From contig CAXXSL010000020.1 of the NCBI GenBank assembly GCA_963675525.2, positions 32,001 to 96,000 on the forward strand: a DNA stretch of 64,000 nucleotides, read 5' to 3'. Every line of letters begins with the position of its first letter. Positions within the stretch are counted from its first letter, which is position 1. Source of the stretch: Anaerohalosphaeraceae bacterium. GTDB lineage: Bacteria; Planctomycetota; Phycisphaerae; Sedimentisphaerales; Anaerohalosphaeraceae. Positions 45,623 to 55,867 of this stretch are shown here, in pieces. The notes below the pieces were generated by a model. It did not search any database. It had not been told where the DNA came from and saw only the letters and a list, made by a program, of their open reading frames with translations. Position numbers and translations under genes: made by a program.

Positions 45623-46547
45623 ATGAAAACTGCATTCTTATTTCCGGGACAAGGTGCTCAATCTGTCGGCATGGGTGCTGATATTGCAGCAGGCTATCCC
45701 CAGACCCAGGCACTGTTCGAAAAAGCCAACGCAATTGTCGGCTATGACCTACGGCAATTCTGCATGGAAGGTCCGGCTGACAGGCTGAATGCCACCGCGG
45801 TATCACAACCGGCGATTTTTGTCGTTTCTGTCGCCCTGCTTGAGTTGTTCAAGGCATCGGGGGATACGGGCGGATGTGACCGCCGGCTTAAGTATGGGTG
45901 AATATACGGCGTTATATGCCGCGGGGTTGATTTCGTTTGAGGACGGGCTGAGGCTTGTGCAAAAACGCGGCGAAGCTATGCAGGCCGCTGCAGACGCATC
46001 TGAAGGCTCGATGGTCAGCATCATGGGGCTGGATGAAGTGACGGTTATTGCGTTATGTGAGGAAGCCTCGCAGGGTGAACTTCTCGTTGCGGTGAATTTC
46101 AATTGTCCGGGACAAATCGTTATCAGCGGTGCCGTCGGGGCCTGTAAGCGTGCGGTCGAATTGGCGCCGAAATATGATGCCATCAAGGCAATTCCGCTCA
46201 GCGTAGCGGGAGCCTTTCATTCAGATCTGATGCAGCCGGCGGCAGAAGAACTTGGCAGAGCGCTGACCGACTGTCCGATCCAGGACCCGGATTCGATTAA
46301 GATCATTGCAAATATTGATGCAACCTATTATACATCCGCAGATGCGATCCGGCATGGATTGGTTAAACAGTTGATCCAGCCAATACTGTGGCAGTCTTGC
46401 ATGGAAAAGCTACTGGCCGATGGTGTCGAAAATTTTTATGAGATCGGCCCCGGGCGTGTACTGACCGGGTTAATGAAACGCATCGATCGCAAGACAAAAG
46501 TGACCAATATCAGCAGTGCCGAATCACTGCATGGTTTTTCCAAATAA
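45623..46547 (+). CDS. fabD: Malonyl-CoA:ACP transacylase, with an apparent frameshift in a G5 run near 45860
   Basis: FLFPGQGAQ...QPAIF in one frame. AGLSMGEY, NFNCPGQIV, GAFHS and EIGPG in another. Junction at TCG GGG g ATA CGG. Confidence 0.9.
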
Positions 46548-46600
46548 ACCAATCGAAGATTCTTAAAATAAGTTATAGATGCACGGAAGGAATTAAAGAT

Positions 46601-47338
46601 ATGTCAGAAAAACGATTAGCTGTTGTCACAGGAGCTGCTCGCGGAATCGGGCGCGCCATCGTATTGGAACTGCTCAGGCAGGGTCGCGTTGTTGCGGGGC
46701 TGGACCTGAATGCAGAGCAATTAGCTGAACTGGAGAAAGTTGTTTCGGAAGCAGGCTACAGTGTCATCACAAAATGTGTGGATATCACCCAGACGGATAA
46801 ATTGACACAGACCCTTGATGAACTGGCCGAAGCACATGGCGGTATCAGCATCCTGGTGAATAATGCAGGCATCACACGCGACCGCCTGATGATCCAGATG
46901 GATGACGATGATTTTGATAAAGTCATTGCTGTGAATCTTCGTGCGGCGTTTGTCGCAACGCGGATTGCGGCACGGTCCATGATTCGCAATAAATTCGGAC
47001 GTCTGATTCACATCAGTTCGGTTGCCGGTGTCATGGGCCAGGCCGGTTCAACTAATTACGCAGCCAGCAAAGCGGCTTTGATCGGCATGTCAAAATCGAT
47101 CGCCCGCGAAGTCGGCAAAAAGAACGTAACGTCCAATTGCATCGCCCCCGGGTTCATTATGACCGACATGACGAATGTGCTGCCTGATATTGTCAAGGAA
47201 GAGGCTAAAAAGGTCATCCCTGTCAAAAAATTCGGTAAACCTGAAGATATCGCCAAAGCCGTGGCCTTTTTGGCCTCCGATGATTCCGGCTATATTACCG
47301 GACAGGTGCTCTGCGTGGACGGCGGCATGGCAATGTAA
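46601..47338 (+). CDS. fabG: 3-oxoacyl-ACP reductase
   Basis: TGAARGIG, NNAGITRD, NYAASK, PGFIMTDMT, VDGGM. Confidence 0.95.
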   Translation: MSEKRLAVVTGAARGIGRAIVLELLRQGRVVAGLDLNAEQLAELEKVVSEAGYSVITKCVDITQTDKLTQTLDELAEAHGGISILVNNAGITRDRLMIQMDDDDFDKVIAVNLRAAFVATRIAARSMIRNKFGRLIHISSVAGVMGQAGSTNYAASKAALIGMSKSIAREVGKKNVTSNCIAPGFIMTDMTNVLPDIVKEEAKKVIPVKKFGKPEDIAKAVAFLASDDSGYITGQVLCVDGGMAM

Positions 47339-47357
47339 GAAAATTGTTAAAAAATGA

Positions 47358-47386
47358 TTGAAAACCCTTGGGTCTGTCGGTATATT
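47358..47386 (+). promoter_or_regulatory. Internal sigma70-type promoter for acpP
   Basis: TTGAAA-N17-TATATT. Confidence 0.6.
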
Positions 47387-47457
47387 ACCGCCGAACTCAA
47401 AAACGTGCTTAAAAGGACTGAAATTCAATAACTCTATTGATTTAAGGAGATTGAAAC

Positions 47458-47721
47458 GTGGCAGATGTGGATGTTCAAGCCATTGAGGCAAAAGTAGTGG
47501 AAATCGTCAGTGAACAGATGGGTGTTGACAAGGGTGAAATTACCCGTGAAACATCTTTTATTAACGATTTAAATGCAGATTCTCTGGATACCGTTGAACT
47601 GGTCATGGAATTCGAAGATGAATTCGACATGAGCATTCCGGATGAAGAAGCGGAAAAGATCCAGACCGTCGGTGCGGCGATTGATTACATCGCTGAAATC
47701 ATGAAAAACAAAGAAGACTAA
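47458..47721 (+). CDS. acpP: Acyl carrier protein
   Basis: [32 protein letters not shown] start. Confidence 0.96.
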   Translation: MADVDVQAIEAKVVEIVSEQMGVDKGEITRETSFINDLNADSLDTVELVMEFEDEFDMSIPDEEAEKIQTVGAAIDYIAEIMKNKED

Positions 47722-47736
47722 GCAGGCTTAATGATT

Positions 47737-48981
47737 ATGACGGAACGTCGCGTTGTCATTACAGGACTGGGATGCGTTACTGCGCTTGCAGAGTCCGCGG
47801 AAGAACTCTTTGAAGCCCTTTGCGCCGGGAAAAGCGGAATATCGAAAATCGATTCTTTCGATACCACGGAGTACCCGGTAAAGTTCGGCGGCGAAGCGAA
47901 GAATTTTGATATTGGCCGCTACATTAGCTCCCGTGACGCCAAACGGATGGATCGTTTTACCCAGATGTCGCTGGCATCTTCCATTCAGGCCGTCGATGAC
48001 AGCGGCCTTGATTTCGAAAAGGAAGACAAGCAGCGTGTCGGCGTTATCGTGGGCACCGGCATCGGCGGCATCAAAGAAATCGAAGAGCAGCATCTTCGCA
48101 TCATCAACAAAGGTCCTCGCAAGGTCTCGCCCTTCTGCGTACCGAAGTTAATGGGCAACGCCGCGTGCGGCTGTATCTCCATTCAGTATGGGCTTAAGGG
48201 ACCGAACATGTGCATTGTGACCGCCTGTGCTTCGGCCAGTCACGCCATCGGCGAGGCCTACTGGAATGTTCTCAGCGGACGGAGTGATATTTGCATCAGC
48301 GGCGGTTCAGAAGCGGCTTTGACCCCCATTGGACTGGCCTCGTTCTGTGCGCTGAAGTCGCTGAGCACCCGCAATGATGATCCTCAGCGTGCATCACGTC
48401 CTTTTGATAAAGACCGTGACGGTTTTGTGTTATCGGAAGGCGCCGGGGCTCTGATTCTGGAAGAATACGAACACGCCAAAAAACGGGGTGCGAAGATTTA
48501 TGCCGAAGTGTTGGGGTATGGCGCGACCGGAGACGGTTTCCATATTACCGCTCCCCTGCCGGACGGAGACGGAGCTGCCGAAGGCATGAAACTTGCCCTC
48601 CAGCAGGCAAAACTGAACCCGGAACAGGTGGATTATATCAATGCCCATGGAACCAGCACACAGCTAAATGATGCCGCCGAGTGCATTGCCATCAAAACGA
48701 TTTTTGGCGAACATGCCTACAAACTGGCCATCAATTCATCCAAGAGCTGTCTGGGGCATTCCCTGGGAGCCAGCGGTGCAATTGAATTGATCGTTTGTGC
48801 CAAAAGCATCGAAAAAGGAACTGTTCATCCGACGGCGAATCTTCAGGAAGTCGCCGAGGATTGTGACCCGAAAATGGATTTTGTCCCCGGTCCGGCACGT
48901 CCGATGGGTATTAAAGTGGCATTGAGTAATTCGCTCGGTTTTGGCGGACATAACTGCAGCCTGATTATCGGCAAAATCTAA
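47737..48981 (+). CDS. fabF: 3-oxoacyl-ACP synthase II
   Basis: RRVVITGLG, TACAS, SRPFDKDRDGF, NAHGTST, GHSLGA, FGGHN. Confidence 0.95.
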   Translation: MTERRVVITGLGCVTALAESAEELFEALCAGKSGISKIDSFDTTEYPVKFGGEAKNFDIGRYISSRDAKRMDRFTQMSLASSIQAVDDSGLDFEKEDKQRVGVIVGTGIGGIKEIEEQHLRIINKGPRKVSPFCVPKLMGNAACGCISIQYGLKGPNMCIVTACASASHAIGEAYWNVLSGRSDICISGGSEAALTPIGLASFCALKSLSTRNDDPQRASRPFDKDRDGFVLSEGAGALILEEYEHAKKRGAKIYAEVLGYGATGDGFHITAPLPDGDGAAEGMKLALQQAKLNPEQVDYINAHGTSTQLNDAAECIAIKTIFGEHAYKLAINSSKSCLGHSLGASGAIELIVCAKSIEKGTVHPTANLQEVAEDCDPKMDFVPGPARPMGIKVALSNSLGFGGHNCSLIIGKI

Positions 48982-49007
48982 CGCGTTTTACCTCAAAAAA
49001 TCTATCT

Positions 49008-49041
49008 ACCCCGGCCCTTTCATAAAGTCGGGGTTGTTTTT
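49008..49041 (+). terminator. Probable intrinsic terminator after fabF
   Basis: ACCCCGGC...GTCGGGGT stem followed by TGTTTTT. Confidence 0.55.
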
Positions 49042-49069
49042 TGGACTTTTTTAAAGTAGATTGAAAACT

Positions 49070-50050
49070 ATGAACCTGTTTTGGGCAATTATCCTTTTAA
49101 CGGTGGGACTGGCCATCCTGATCAAAGGCGCCGATTGGCTTGTTGACGGTGCGGTGGCCATTGCCCAACATTTCGGCATGAGTCCCCTGATCATTGGTCT
49201 GACCATCGTGGCAATGGGCACCTCGGCACCGGAAGTAGCCGCCAGCGTTGGTTTTGCACTCTCTAATGCCGCCGACGCCGCGGTTGGTAATGTTTACGGA
49301 TCCAATGTTGCGAATCTCGCCCTTGTCGGCGGGTTGTGTGCGCTGATTCGCCCTATTACCGTCACAAAAGCGGCTTTGGTGAGAGATATCCCAATCATGC
49401 TGGTTGTTTCAGGCTTAATTTATGGCATTTTTTACGACTTGGGCGTGACTCGTTTGGAAGGGTTGGCGATGCTGGTTCTTTTTGGTGGTCTTATTTCCTA
49501 CATGATCCATTCGGAACGAATACAGGCCCTCAAAAATAAACTGATCGTGAAAGAGGCCCAAGCCATCATCGAACAAGTGGTTCCCCATCCTCCGAAAACA
49601 CTATGGGTCAGCTCTCTGCTAATTTTAATCGGTTTGATATGCCTGTCGGTCGGCGCAAAACTGACGGTCAAGGGCGCCACGGTTCTGGGCCAGTATGCCG
49701 GTTTGTCGGATGCAGTTATCGGCTCGACAATTATTGCTGTCGGTACATCGCTTCCTGAGTTGATCACCTGCCTGGTTGCCTCCTTTAGAGGGCATGACGA
49801 CTTGTCTATCGGAAATCTCGTGGGATCGAATATTTTTAACATGCTTCTGGTAATCGGTGCGGCCGGTGTTGTCCGTCCGCTATCTATTAGCGCTCGTATG
49901 GCAGGGATTGACTATGGATTGATGCTCGGAATCGCCATTCTCTTCTCTACGGTTGCCTTCATCTTTAAGAAGGTTAATCGCCCTGCGGGAATACTCTTAC
50001 TGCTTTCGTATGCCTGTTACCTGAGCTATCTATTTTTCATCAATCGCTGA
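49070..50050 (+). CDS. Calcium/sodium antiporter (YrbG/CaCA family)
   Basis: Two repeats: GTSAPE...GSNVAN and GTSLPE...GSNIFN. Confidence 0.92.
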   Translation: MNLFWAIILLTVGLAILIKGADWLVDGAVAIAQHFGMSPLIIGLTIVAMGTSAPEVAASVGFALSNAADAAVGNVYGSNVANLALVGGLCALIRPITVTKAALVRDIPIMLVVSGLIYGIFYDLGVTRLEGLAMLVLFGGLISYMIHSERIQALKNKLIVKEAQAIIEQVVPHPPKTLWVSSLLILIGLICLSVGAKLTVKGATVLGQYAGLSDAVIGSTIIAVGTSLPELITCLVASFRGHDDLSIGNLVGSNIFNMLLVIGAAGVVRPLSISARMAGIDYGLMLGIAILFSTVAFIFKKVNRPAGILLLLSYACYLSYLFFINR

Positions 50051-50112
50051 CTTTAACATGTCAACGGCAAGGGTGGGAATGGCATCCACGGGGATATATT
50101 TCAATCATCTAT

Positions 50113-50148
50113 AAAACAACCTTGCAAGTATTTACTTACAAGGCCGTT
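50113..50148 (-). terminator. Terminator hairpin downstream of tRNA-Lys
   Basis: AACGGCCTTGTAAGTA-AA-TACTTGCAAGGTTGTT followed by TT. Confidence 0.6.
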
Positions 50149-50152
50149 GAAA

Positions 50153-50225
<73 letters not shown>

Positions 50226-50399
50226 GTATGTATTTGAAAGGGCTTAGATAACCATTTTTGAATAATTTTTCAAGTAAAAAACAACCTTTTTTCAAAAAAC
50301 CGCATTTGGAAACAATCCTTGACAGTTTAGCGGCTGTCGAGTAAAAGATTTTGGATGGGCTGGATAAGACATGACCGGTAAATCAAACAAAGGTTTTGA

Positions 50400-51542
50400 A
50401 TGGAAGCAACGAAGGAAAGCAGGACGTTGGCCGGATGCACCGTGGTCAGCCATTCACCGCAGGAAATGCGAGTCGAACTTTCCGGCGATTTGACGGGCTC
50501 GACTCTGGCCGGTGTCTGGAAGCGTTCGATTATCCACCGTCACCGTCCCAAACCGCAGAAATTAACCATTGACGGAAAGAATATCTTATCCTGTGACGGA
50601 GCGGGAGTCAGTTTTATCAGCTATCTCATCTATGAGGCCCAACGAACTAATGTCTCCGTTGAGGTTGTTGATCTCCGTGAAGATATCCAAAAACTCCTCA
50701 ACCGATTTACCCAGGCAAAACATGACGAGCCGTTATCGCCGGCAAAATCCCTGATGCCGATCGAGGCTATCGGAAAACTGACACTGAATCTATGTAACGA
50801 TATTTACGAGCAGATTGCCTTTTTCGCACGCGTTCTGGTTACGGGACTGACCCTGTTGCTGACGCCGTGGAAATTTCGATGGAACGATTTTTTCGGTGCG
50901 GCTGATAATGCTGGAGTGCGGGCACTGGGTATCGTCTCGCTGCTGGGTTTTTTGTTTGGTTTGATCATGTCGTTCAGTTCCGCCATGCCCCTGCGGCAAT
51001 TCGGCGTTGAAGTTTACGTTTCGGACCTTGTCGCTTATGCAATGGTCCGTGTACTGGGGCCGATTCTCACAGCGATCATTGTAGCCGGCCGGACCGGATC
51101 GGCCTACGCCGCCGAACTGGGGACCATGAAGATCAATCATGAGATCGATGCGCTGGAGGTAATGAATTTTGACCCCACGGCGTTTTTGGTGCTGCCGAGA
51201 GTTCTGGCGACCACCCTGATGACTCCGTTTCTGACGATTGCGGCGATCATCTGGGGGCTGGTCGGTTCGGCCATCGTTATTCTTTCGCTGGGCTATCCAG
51301 TTATCACGTACACATCTCATATCCAGTCGATTTTGACGGTTCCGGATGTTCTCGTCGGCCTGATGAAAGCAGTTGTGTATGGAGGTATGATTGGGACTGT
51401 CGGTTGTTTACGCGGCCTGCAAACAAAAATTGGTGCCGGGGCCGTCGGTCTATCGACAACAAGGGCGGTTGTAACGGCAATTATTTTACTGGTTTTGTTT
51501 GAAGGCGTTTTTTCTGTACTTCTGTATTTTATGGATATTTAA
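50400..51542 (+). CDS. mlaE: MlaE-family ABC permease with N-terminal STAS-like domain
   Basis: RVLGPILTAIIVAGRTGSAYAAELGTMKINHEIDAL, AVGLSTTRAVV. N-terminal SCDGAG STAS-like motif. Confidence 0.85.
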   Translation: MEATKESRTLAGCTVVSHSPQEMRVELSGDLTGSTLAGVWKRSIIHRHRPKPQKLTIDGKNILSCDGAGVSFISYLIYEAQRTNVSVEVVDLREDIQKLLNRFTQAKHDEPLSPAKSLMPIEAIGKLTLNLCNDIYEQIAFFARVLVTGLTLLLTPWKFRWNDFFGAADNAGVRALGIVSLLGFLFGLIMSFSSAMPLRQFGVEVYVSDLVAYAMVRVLGPILTAIIVAGRTGSAYAAELGTMKINHEIDALEVMNFDPTAFLVLPRVLATTLMTPFLTIAAIIWGLVGSAIVILSLGYPVITYTSHIQSILTVPDVLVGLMKAVVYGGMIGTVGCLRGLQTKIGAGAVGLSTTRAVVTAIILLVLFEGVFSVLLYFMDI

Positions 51543-51548
51543 AAACTC

Positions 51549-52310
51549 GTGAGCAAAGCGATCATCAAAGTCAACGATTTGACCGTCGGTTACGAAGACG
51601 TTACCGTCCTGGAAAATATTTCGTTCAAGGTCAATACCGGAGAAATATTCATTATTCTTGGCGGCTCCGGCTGCGGGAAAAGCACTCTGTTGAACCACAT
51701 GATCGGCTTGTATGAACCAAAAACCGGAAGTATCCTTATTCACGGTAAAGATCTTGTCGCTGCCGACACACAACAACGACGGGAAATTCTCTCGTCCTTT
51801 GGTGTGGCTTTTCAGGGAGGTGCTCTGCTGGGCTCCATGACCGTGCTGGAAAACGTGATGCTGCCGCTGCAAGAGCATACGGGCATGCCCGAAAAAGCCG
51901 TTCAGTGGATCGCCGGCCAAAAACTGCGTTTGGTCGGGCTGGGCGGTTACGAATCGCATATGCCTTCCCAGTTGAGCGGCGGTATGCAGAAACGCGCCGC
52001 ACTTGCGCGGGCGATGGCGCTGGATCCGGATATTCTTTTCCTGGACGAACCTTCGGCCGGTCTGGACCCGGTTACGGCAGCCCATCTGGATGAGCTTATT
52101 CTGGAGTTGTCCGATATTCTCGGGATTACTTTTGTCATTGTAACCCACGAACTGCAGAGTATTTTCAGTCTGGCCGGAAGGGCTATTATGCTGGAAAAAG
52201 AGAGCAAGGGTATTATTGCCGAAGGCCGTCCGGCCGACATGAAAGAAGACCGTTCAAATCCGGCGGTTTGGCGATTTTTCAATCGAATGGCGGTAACCGA
52301 TACGGTATAA
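51549..52310 (+). CDS. mlaF: MlaF-family ABC ATP-binding protein
   Basis: GGSGCGKS, LSGGMQKR, LDEPSAGLDP, VTHEL. Confidence 0.88.
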   Translation: MSKAIIKVNDLTVGYEDVTVLENISFKVNTGEIFIILGGSGCGKSTLLNHMIGLYEPKTGSILIHGKDLVAADTQQRREILSSFGVAFQGGALLGSMTVLENVMLPLQEHTGMPEKAVQWIAGQKLRLVGLGGYESHMPSQLSGGMQKRAALARAMALDPDILFLDEPSAGLDPVTAAHLDELILELSDILGITFVIVTHELQSIFSLAGRAIMLEKESKGIIAEGRPADMKEDRSNPAVWRFFNRMAVTDTV

Positions 52311-52329
52311 TCTCAACCGAGGAAAATAG

Positions 52330-53277
52330 ATGAAAAACAACGCAACTTATTTCAAAATAGGGCTTTTTGTGCTCGCCGGCTGTGCGATATTTATTGCCGG
52401 ACTCCTGTATATTAGCGCCGACACGATTCGGGGTGATATGATTCTGGTGGAAACCTATGTGGACGAATCGGTTTTAGGCCTTAGTGTGGGATCGCCCGTG
52501 ATGCATCGCGGTGTAACAATCGGCCAGGTTCAGAAAATTACATTCGCCCCGCTTGAATATCCGATGGATGTTGACAGCCCGGAATTCAAGGCCTACAGCC
52601 GTTATGTCGTGGTCATCATGGCAATCGATCTCAGGAAATTTCCCGGACTTAAAAATGATCCTGTCTTTATTGAAACAATGATTCGCAACCAGATCAAGGG
52701 AGGATTGCGATTCAAGCTGAGCTATCAGGGAATCACAGGGATTTCATTTATGGAAGCTGACTACATGGATCCGGTCCGCAATCTCCCGCTGCCGGTACCC
52801 TGGCAGCCGAAAAATCTTTATATTCCTTCGGCTCCCAGCCTGATAACCAGCTTCACACAGGCCCTGGACAACGTCTTTCGACGGCTCGAGAAAGTCGACA
52901 TCGAATCGGCACTGGCCAAAATGGAGACAACGCTTACAGCGATGGACCAAGCTATTCAGGATGCTAAGATCGGCGAAGTACGCGAATCGTTCATCGCATT
53001 GACGGATGAGATTCGAGAATCGAACAGAAAACTTCAGCCGTTTCTGATCAAAACCGAAACCCTGCCCGAAGATTTCAATACCGCGATCGAACAATTTACC
53101 GTAACGATGCGAAAAATGGAGGGGTTACTGTCGCAATCTGAACCGGACATCGAAACGGTTCTGGGTAACCTCAAAACACTGTCTCGTAATCTTAAATATC
53201 TGTCGGAATCGTTGAAAAATGATCCTGCTCAACTGATTCTCTCCAGTCCCCCTAAACGTTCGGAGGTTGTCGAATGA
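52330..53277 (+). CDS. MlaD/MCE-domain substrate-binding protein
   Basis: KIGLFV TM segment, ESVLGLSVGSPVMHRGVTIGQV, QGITG, helical C-terminus. Confidence 0.85.
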   Translation: MKNNATYFKIGLFVLAGCAIFIAGLLYISADTIRGDMILVETYVDESVLGLSVGSPVMHRGVTIGQVQKITFAPLEYPMDVDSPEFKAYSRYVVVIMAIDLRKFPGLKNDPVFIETMIRNQIKGGLRFKLSYQGITGISFMEADYMDPVRNLPLPVPWQPKNLYIPSAPSLITSFTQALDNVFRRLEKVDIESALAKMETTLTAMDQAIQDAKIGEVRESFIALTDEIRESNRKLQPFLIKTETLPEDFNTAIEQFTVTMRKMEGLLSQSEPDIETVLGNLKTLSRNLKYLSESLKNDPAQLILSSPPKRSEVVE

Positions 53278-53888
53278 ATAATCAACGGAGTCTTCTTGTC
53301 ATTACACTATTGGCACTGGTCGCAGGCTGTCACGTTCAGCCGCGGGTCACGGACGGTAAACAGCTTTTTCTACTGGACGTTGTCCGAACCGGAGGGAAAT
53401 CCTCCGCGACGGTAGATGCCGTTCTGAAAATCCGTTCCTGCCGGGTCAGCGAGCCGTTCAACAACTGTTCGTTGCTTTACCGCACCGGTTCGGTTCGGTA
53501 TGAACAGGACCATTACAACCTGTTTCTGACAAGCCCGGATGAACAACTGACCAGTATCCTTCGTGTATGGTTCCAGGATAGCGGCCTGTTCAGGAGCGTT
53601 GAAACACAGATTTTATCGACGGAATACACGCTTGAAAGCCATGTGGACAAGCTGTATGCGGATTTTCAAAATAAACAGGCTCCCCTTGCGACGGTACAGA
53701 TGCATGCCATGTTAAGCAAATATGACAAAAGTTGTTCCTGTACAACGGTCATCCTGAACAAGGCGTTCATCTTCAAAACCCCCATGCTGCCTAATCCCAC
53801 TGCAACAGACGTTGTTGAAGCGTTTAGCAACTGTTTAAAGCAGATTCTGAAAGATTTGGAAGCTGAAATTACAGCGATTCAGGAGTAA
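53274..53888 (+). CDS. ABC transport auxiliary lipoprotein (PqiC-like)
   Basis: Lipobox LVAGC, LLYRTG...YEQDHYNLF, position in the MCE operon. Confidence 0.75.
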   Translation: MNNQRSLLVITLLALVAGCHVQPRVTDGKQLFLLDVVRTGGKSSATVDAVLKIRSCRVSEPFNNCSLLYRTGSVRYEQDHYNLFLTSPDEQLTSILRVWFQDSGLFRSVETQILSTEYTLESHVDKLYADFQNKQAPLATVQMHAMLSKYDKSCSCTTVILNKAFIFKTPMLPNPTATDVVEAFSNCLKQILKDLEAEITAIQE

Positions 53889-53937
53889 ACACAATACTCT
53901 CTTTTCTTGTTTGGGAGTACACTCACTCAGAGGGTCT

Positions 53938-55806
53938 TTACTGCGTTGCCAAATCATAGGTGATCGAATAGGAATCGCCGTCGAAGTTGGTGTTGACACT
54001 GTAGCCGGAGTTGTAGAATAACTGCAGCATGGATTTATTGATCGGCAGCACGGTAGCATAGAATTTTCTGACACCCCGGTCGGTTGCGACCCGTGTCAGG
54101 TAATCCAGCAGCACTGACCCCATCCCTTTGTCCTGCCATTCATCCAGCACGATAAAAGCCACTTCGGCCACCAATGTCTTCGGGTCCAGGAAATACTGGG
54201 CAATACCGACGATATCCTCGGCGCCTTCGGTGCCGGGAACAACCGCTACGATGGCCAGGTTCTGCTCATAATCCACATTGGTCAGTTTCTGCACATCTTT
54301 ATGCGGGAACGTCTTGGTGTGCGTAAAGTAGCGTTTTTTAACGGATTCGGCAGACAACGAATACAGCATCTCCGACAGCGCCGATTCGTCCGTGGGCTTG
54401 ACGGGGCGAAGCATTAGCTCCGTGCCGTCTTTGAGCGTCTCGTACCGTTCCAGTTCCTGCGGGTAACGCACCTTGTCCCATTCCATCTCGATCTGGTCAG
54501 GCTGAACATACTGCTGCGCCTTGGCGGCCTGAATGAGTTCCTTGCGGAATTTCGGATGCGCAATATTGATCAGCGACAGCACACGTTCCCGGATCGATTT
54601 ACCGTGCAGGTAGGCAATGCCGTACTCAGTAACCACATAATGCACGTCGCCGCGGGTTGTCACAACACCGGCCCCATCGGTTAGTTTGGGGACGATCCGC
54701 GAGATCGTGTCGTCTTTGGCGGTTGAGGGCATGGCGATGATCGGCTTTCCACCGCGAGATCGCGCGCAGCCCCGGATAAAGTCAACCTGTCCGCCGATGC
54801 CGCTGTAGAATTTATAACCCAGCGAATCTGCGCAAACCTGACCGGTCAAGTCAATCTCCAGCCCGACATTGATCCCGACCATCTTGTCATGCTGGGCAAT
54901 CACAAACGGGTCGTTGACATACTCGGTCGGATGAAACTCAAAGAACGGGTTGTTGTCGATATAATCATACAGCTTCTGCGATCCCATACAAAAACTGGCC
55001 ACCACCTTGCCGCGATTGATCGTTTTCTTGGAGCACGACACCGCCCCGCATTCGATCAGTTCGATGATCCAGTCACCGAACATCTCGGTATGGATGCCCA
55101 GCTCTTTCTTATCATGGAGAAATTCAGCCATTGCCTGCGGGATCCGTCCGATGCCGCATTCGATCGTGCTGCCATCCTCGATCAGACGCGCCAGGTTCCG
55201 CCCGATACTTCGCAGAACCTCATTGGGGGCTTCCGCTTCGACCGTGATGATCGCTTCATTGTGCGGCACCATGACATCGATATTATTCACATGAATAAAA
55301 CTGTCGCCCATGGTGCGCGGCATATTTTCATTGATCTGGGCGATCACAAACTTTGCATTGGCCGCGGCGGCCTTGACGATATCCACCGATACACCCAGAC
55401 TGCACAAGCCATTGATATCCGGCGGTGTCACGGCAATCAAAGCGACGTCCAGTGAAATGCGGCCGCTCTCAAACTGTCTCGGAATATCCGATAAAAAGAT
55501 CGGGGTATAATCGCCCACTCCCTGCTCAAAAGCCCCTCGCACGTTCTCGGCGATAAAGAAACTGTTCATTTTGAATTTTTCACGGAATTTCGGGCTGGCA
55601 TAAGGTGCTGTTCCCATTGTCAGCAAATGAATAATGTGCGCATCGTAAATATGGTCACCGTACTCGACGAGGCTGTTAACCAGATACTGCGGTTGGCCGC
55701 AACCGGTCCCGATAAAAATACTGTCACCCGGCCGGACCTTTTTGATCGCCTCCCGAGCCGTCATGACCAGATCGCCGTACTTTTCTTTCCAGTCAAATGT
55801 ATTCAT
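53938..55806 (-). CDS. Acetyl-CoA hydrolase/CoA-transferase fused to a C-terminal GNAT acetyltransferase
   Basis: GIGRIP, LGIHTEM, EIDLTGQV, SGIGGQVDF, YVVTEYG, then LKDGTELMLRPV...AEVAFIV...QDKGMG...NKSM. Confidence 0.9.
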   Translation of the reverse strand: MNTFDWKEKYGDLVMTAREAIKKVRPGDSIFIGTGCGQPQYLVNSLVEYGDHIYDAHIIHLLTMGTAPYASPKFREKFKMNSFFIAENVRGAFEQGVGDYTPIFLSDIPRQFESGRISLDVALIAVTPPDINGLCSLGVSVDIVKAAAANAKFVIAQINENMPRTMGDSFIHVNNIDVMVPHNEAIITVEAEAPNEVLRSIGRNLARLIEDGSTIECGIGRIPQAMAEFLHDKKELGIHTEMFGDWIIELIECGAVSCSKKTINRGKVVASFCMGSQKLYDYIDNNPFFEFHPTEYVNDPFVIAQHDKMVGINVGLEIDLTGQVCADSLGYKFYSGIGGQVDFIRGCARSRGGKPIIAMPSTAKDDTISRIVPKLTDGAGVVTTRGDVHYVVTEYGIAYLHGKSIRERVLSLINIAHPKFRKELIQAAKAQQYVQPDQIEMEWDKVRYPQELERYETLKDGTELMLRPVKPTDESALSEMLYSLSAESVKKRYFTHTKTFPHKDVQKLTNVDYEQNLAIVAVVPGTEGAEDIVGIAQYFLDPKTLVAEVAFIVLDEWQDKGMGSVLLDYLTRVATDRGVRKFYATVLPINKSMLQLFYNSGYSVNTNFDGDSYSITYDLATQ

Positions 55807-55867
55807 TTTCCCGTTCCTTCCTGAAACGCAGTTTTTTGATTTTTACCATATCCATCACAACCGCTGA

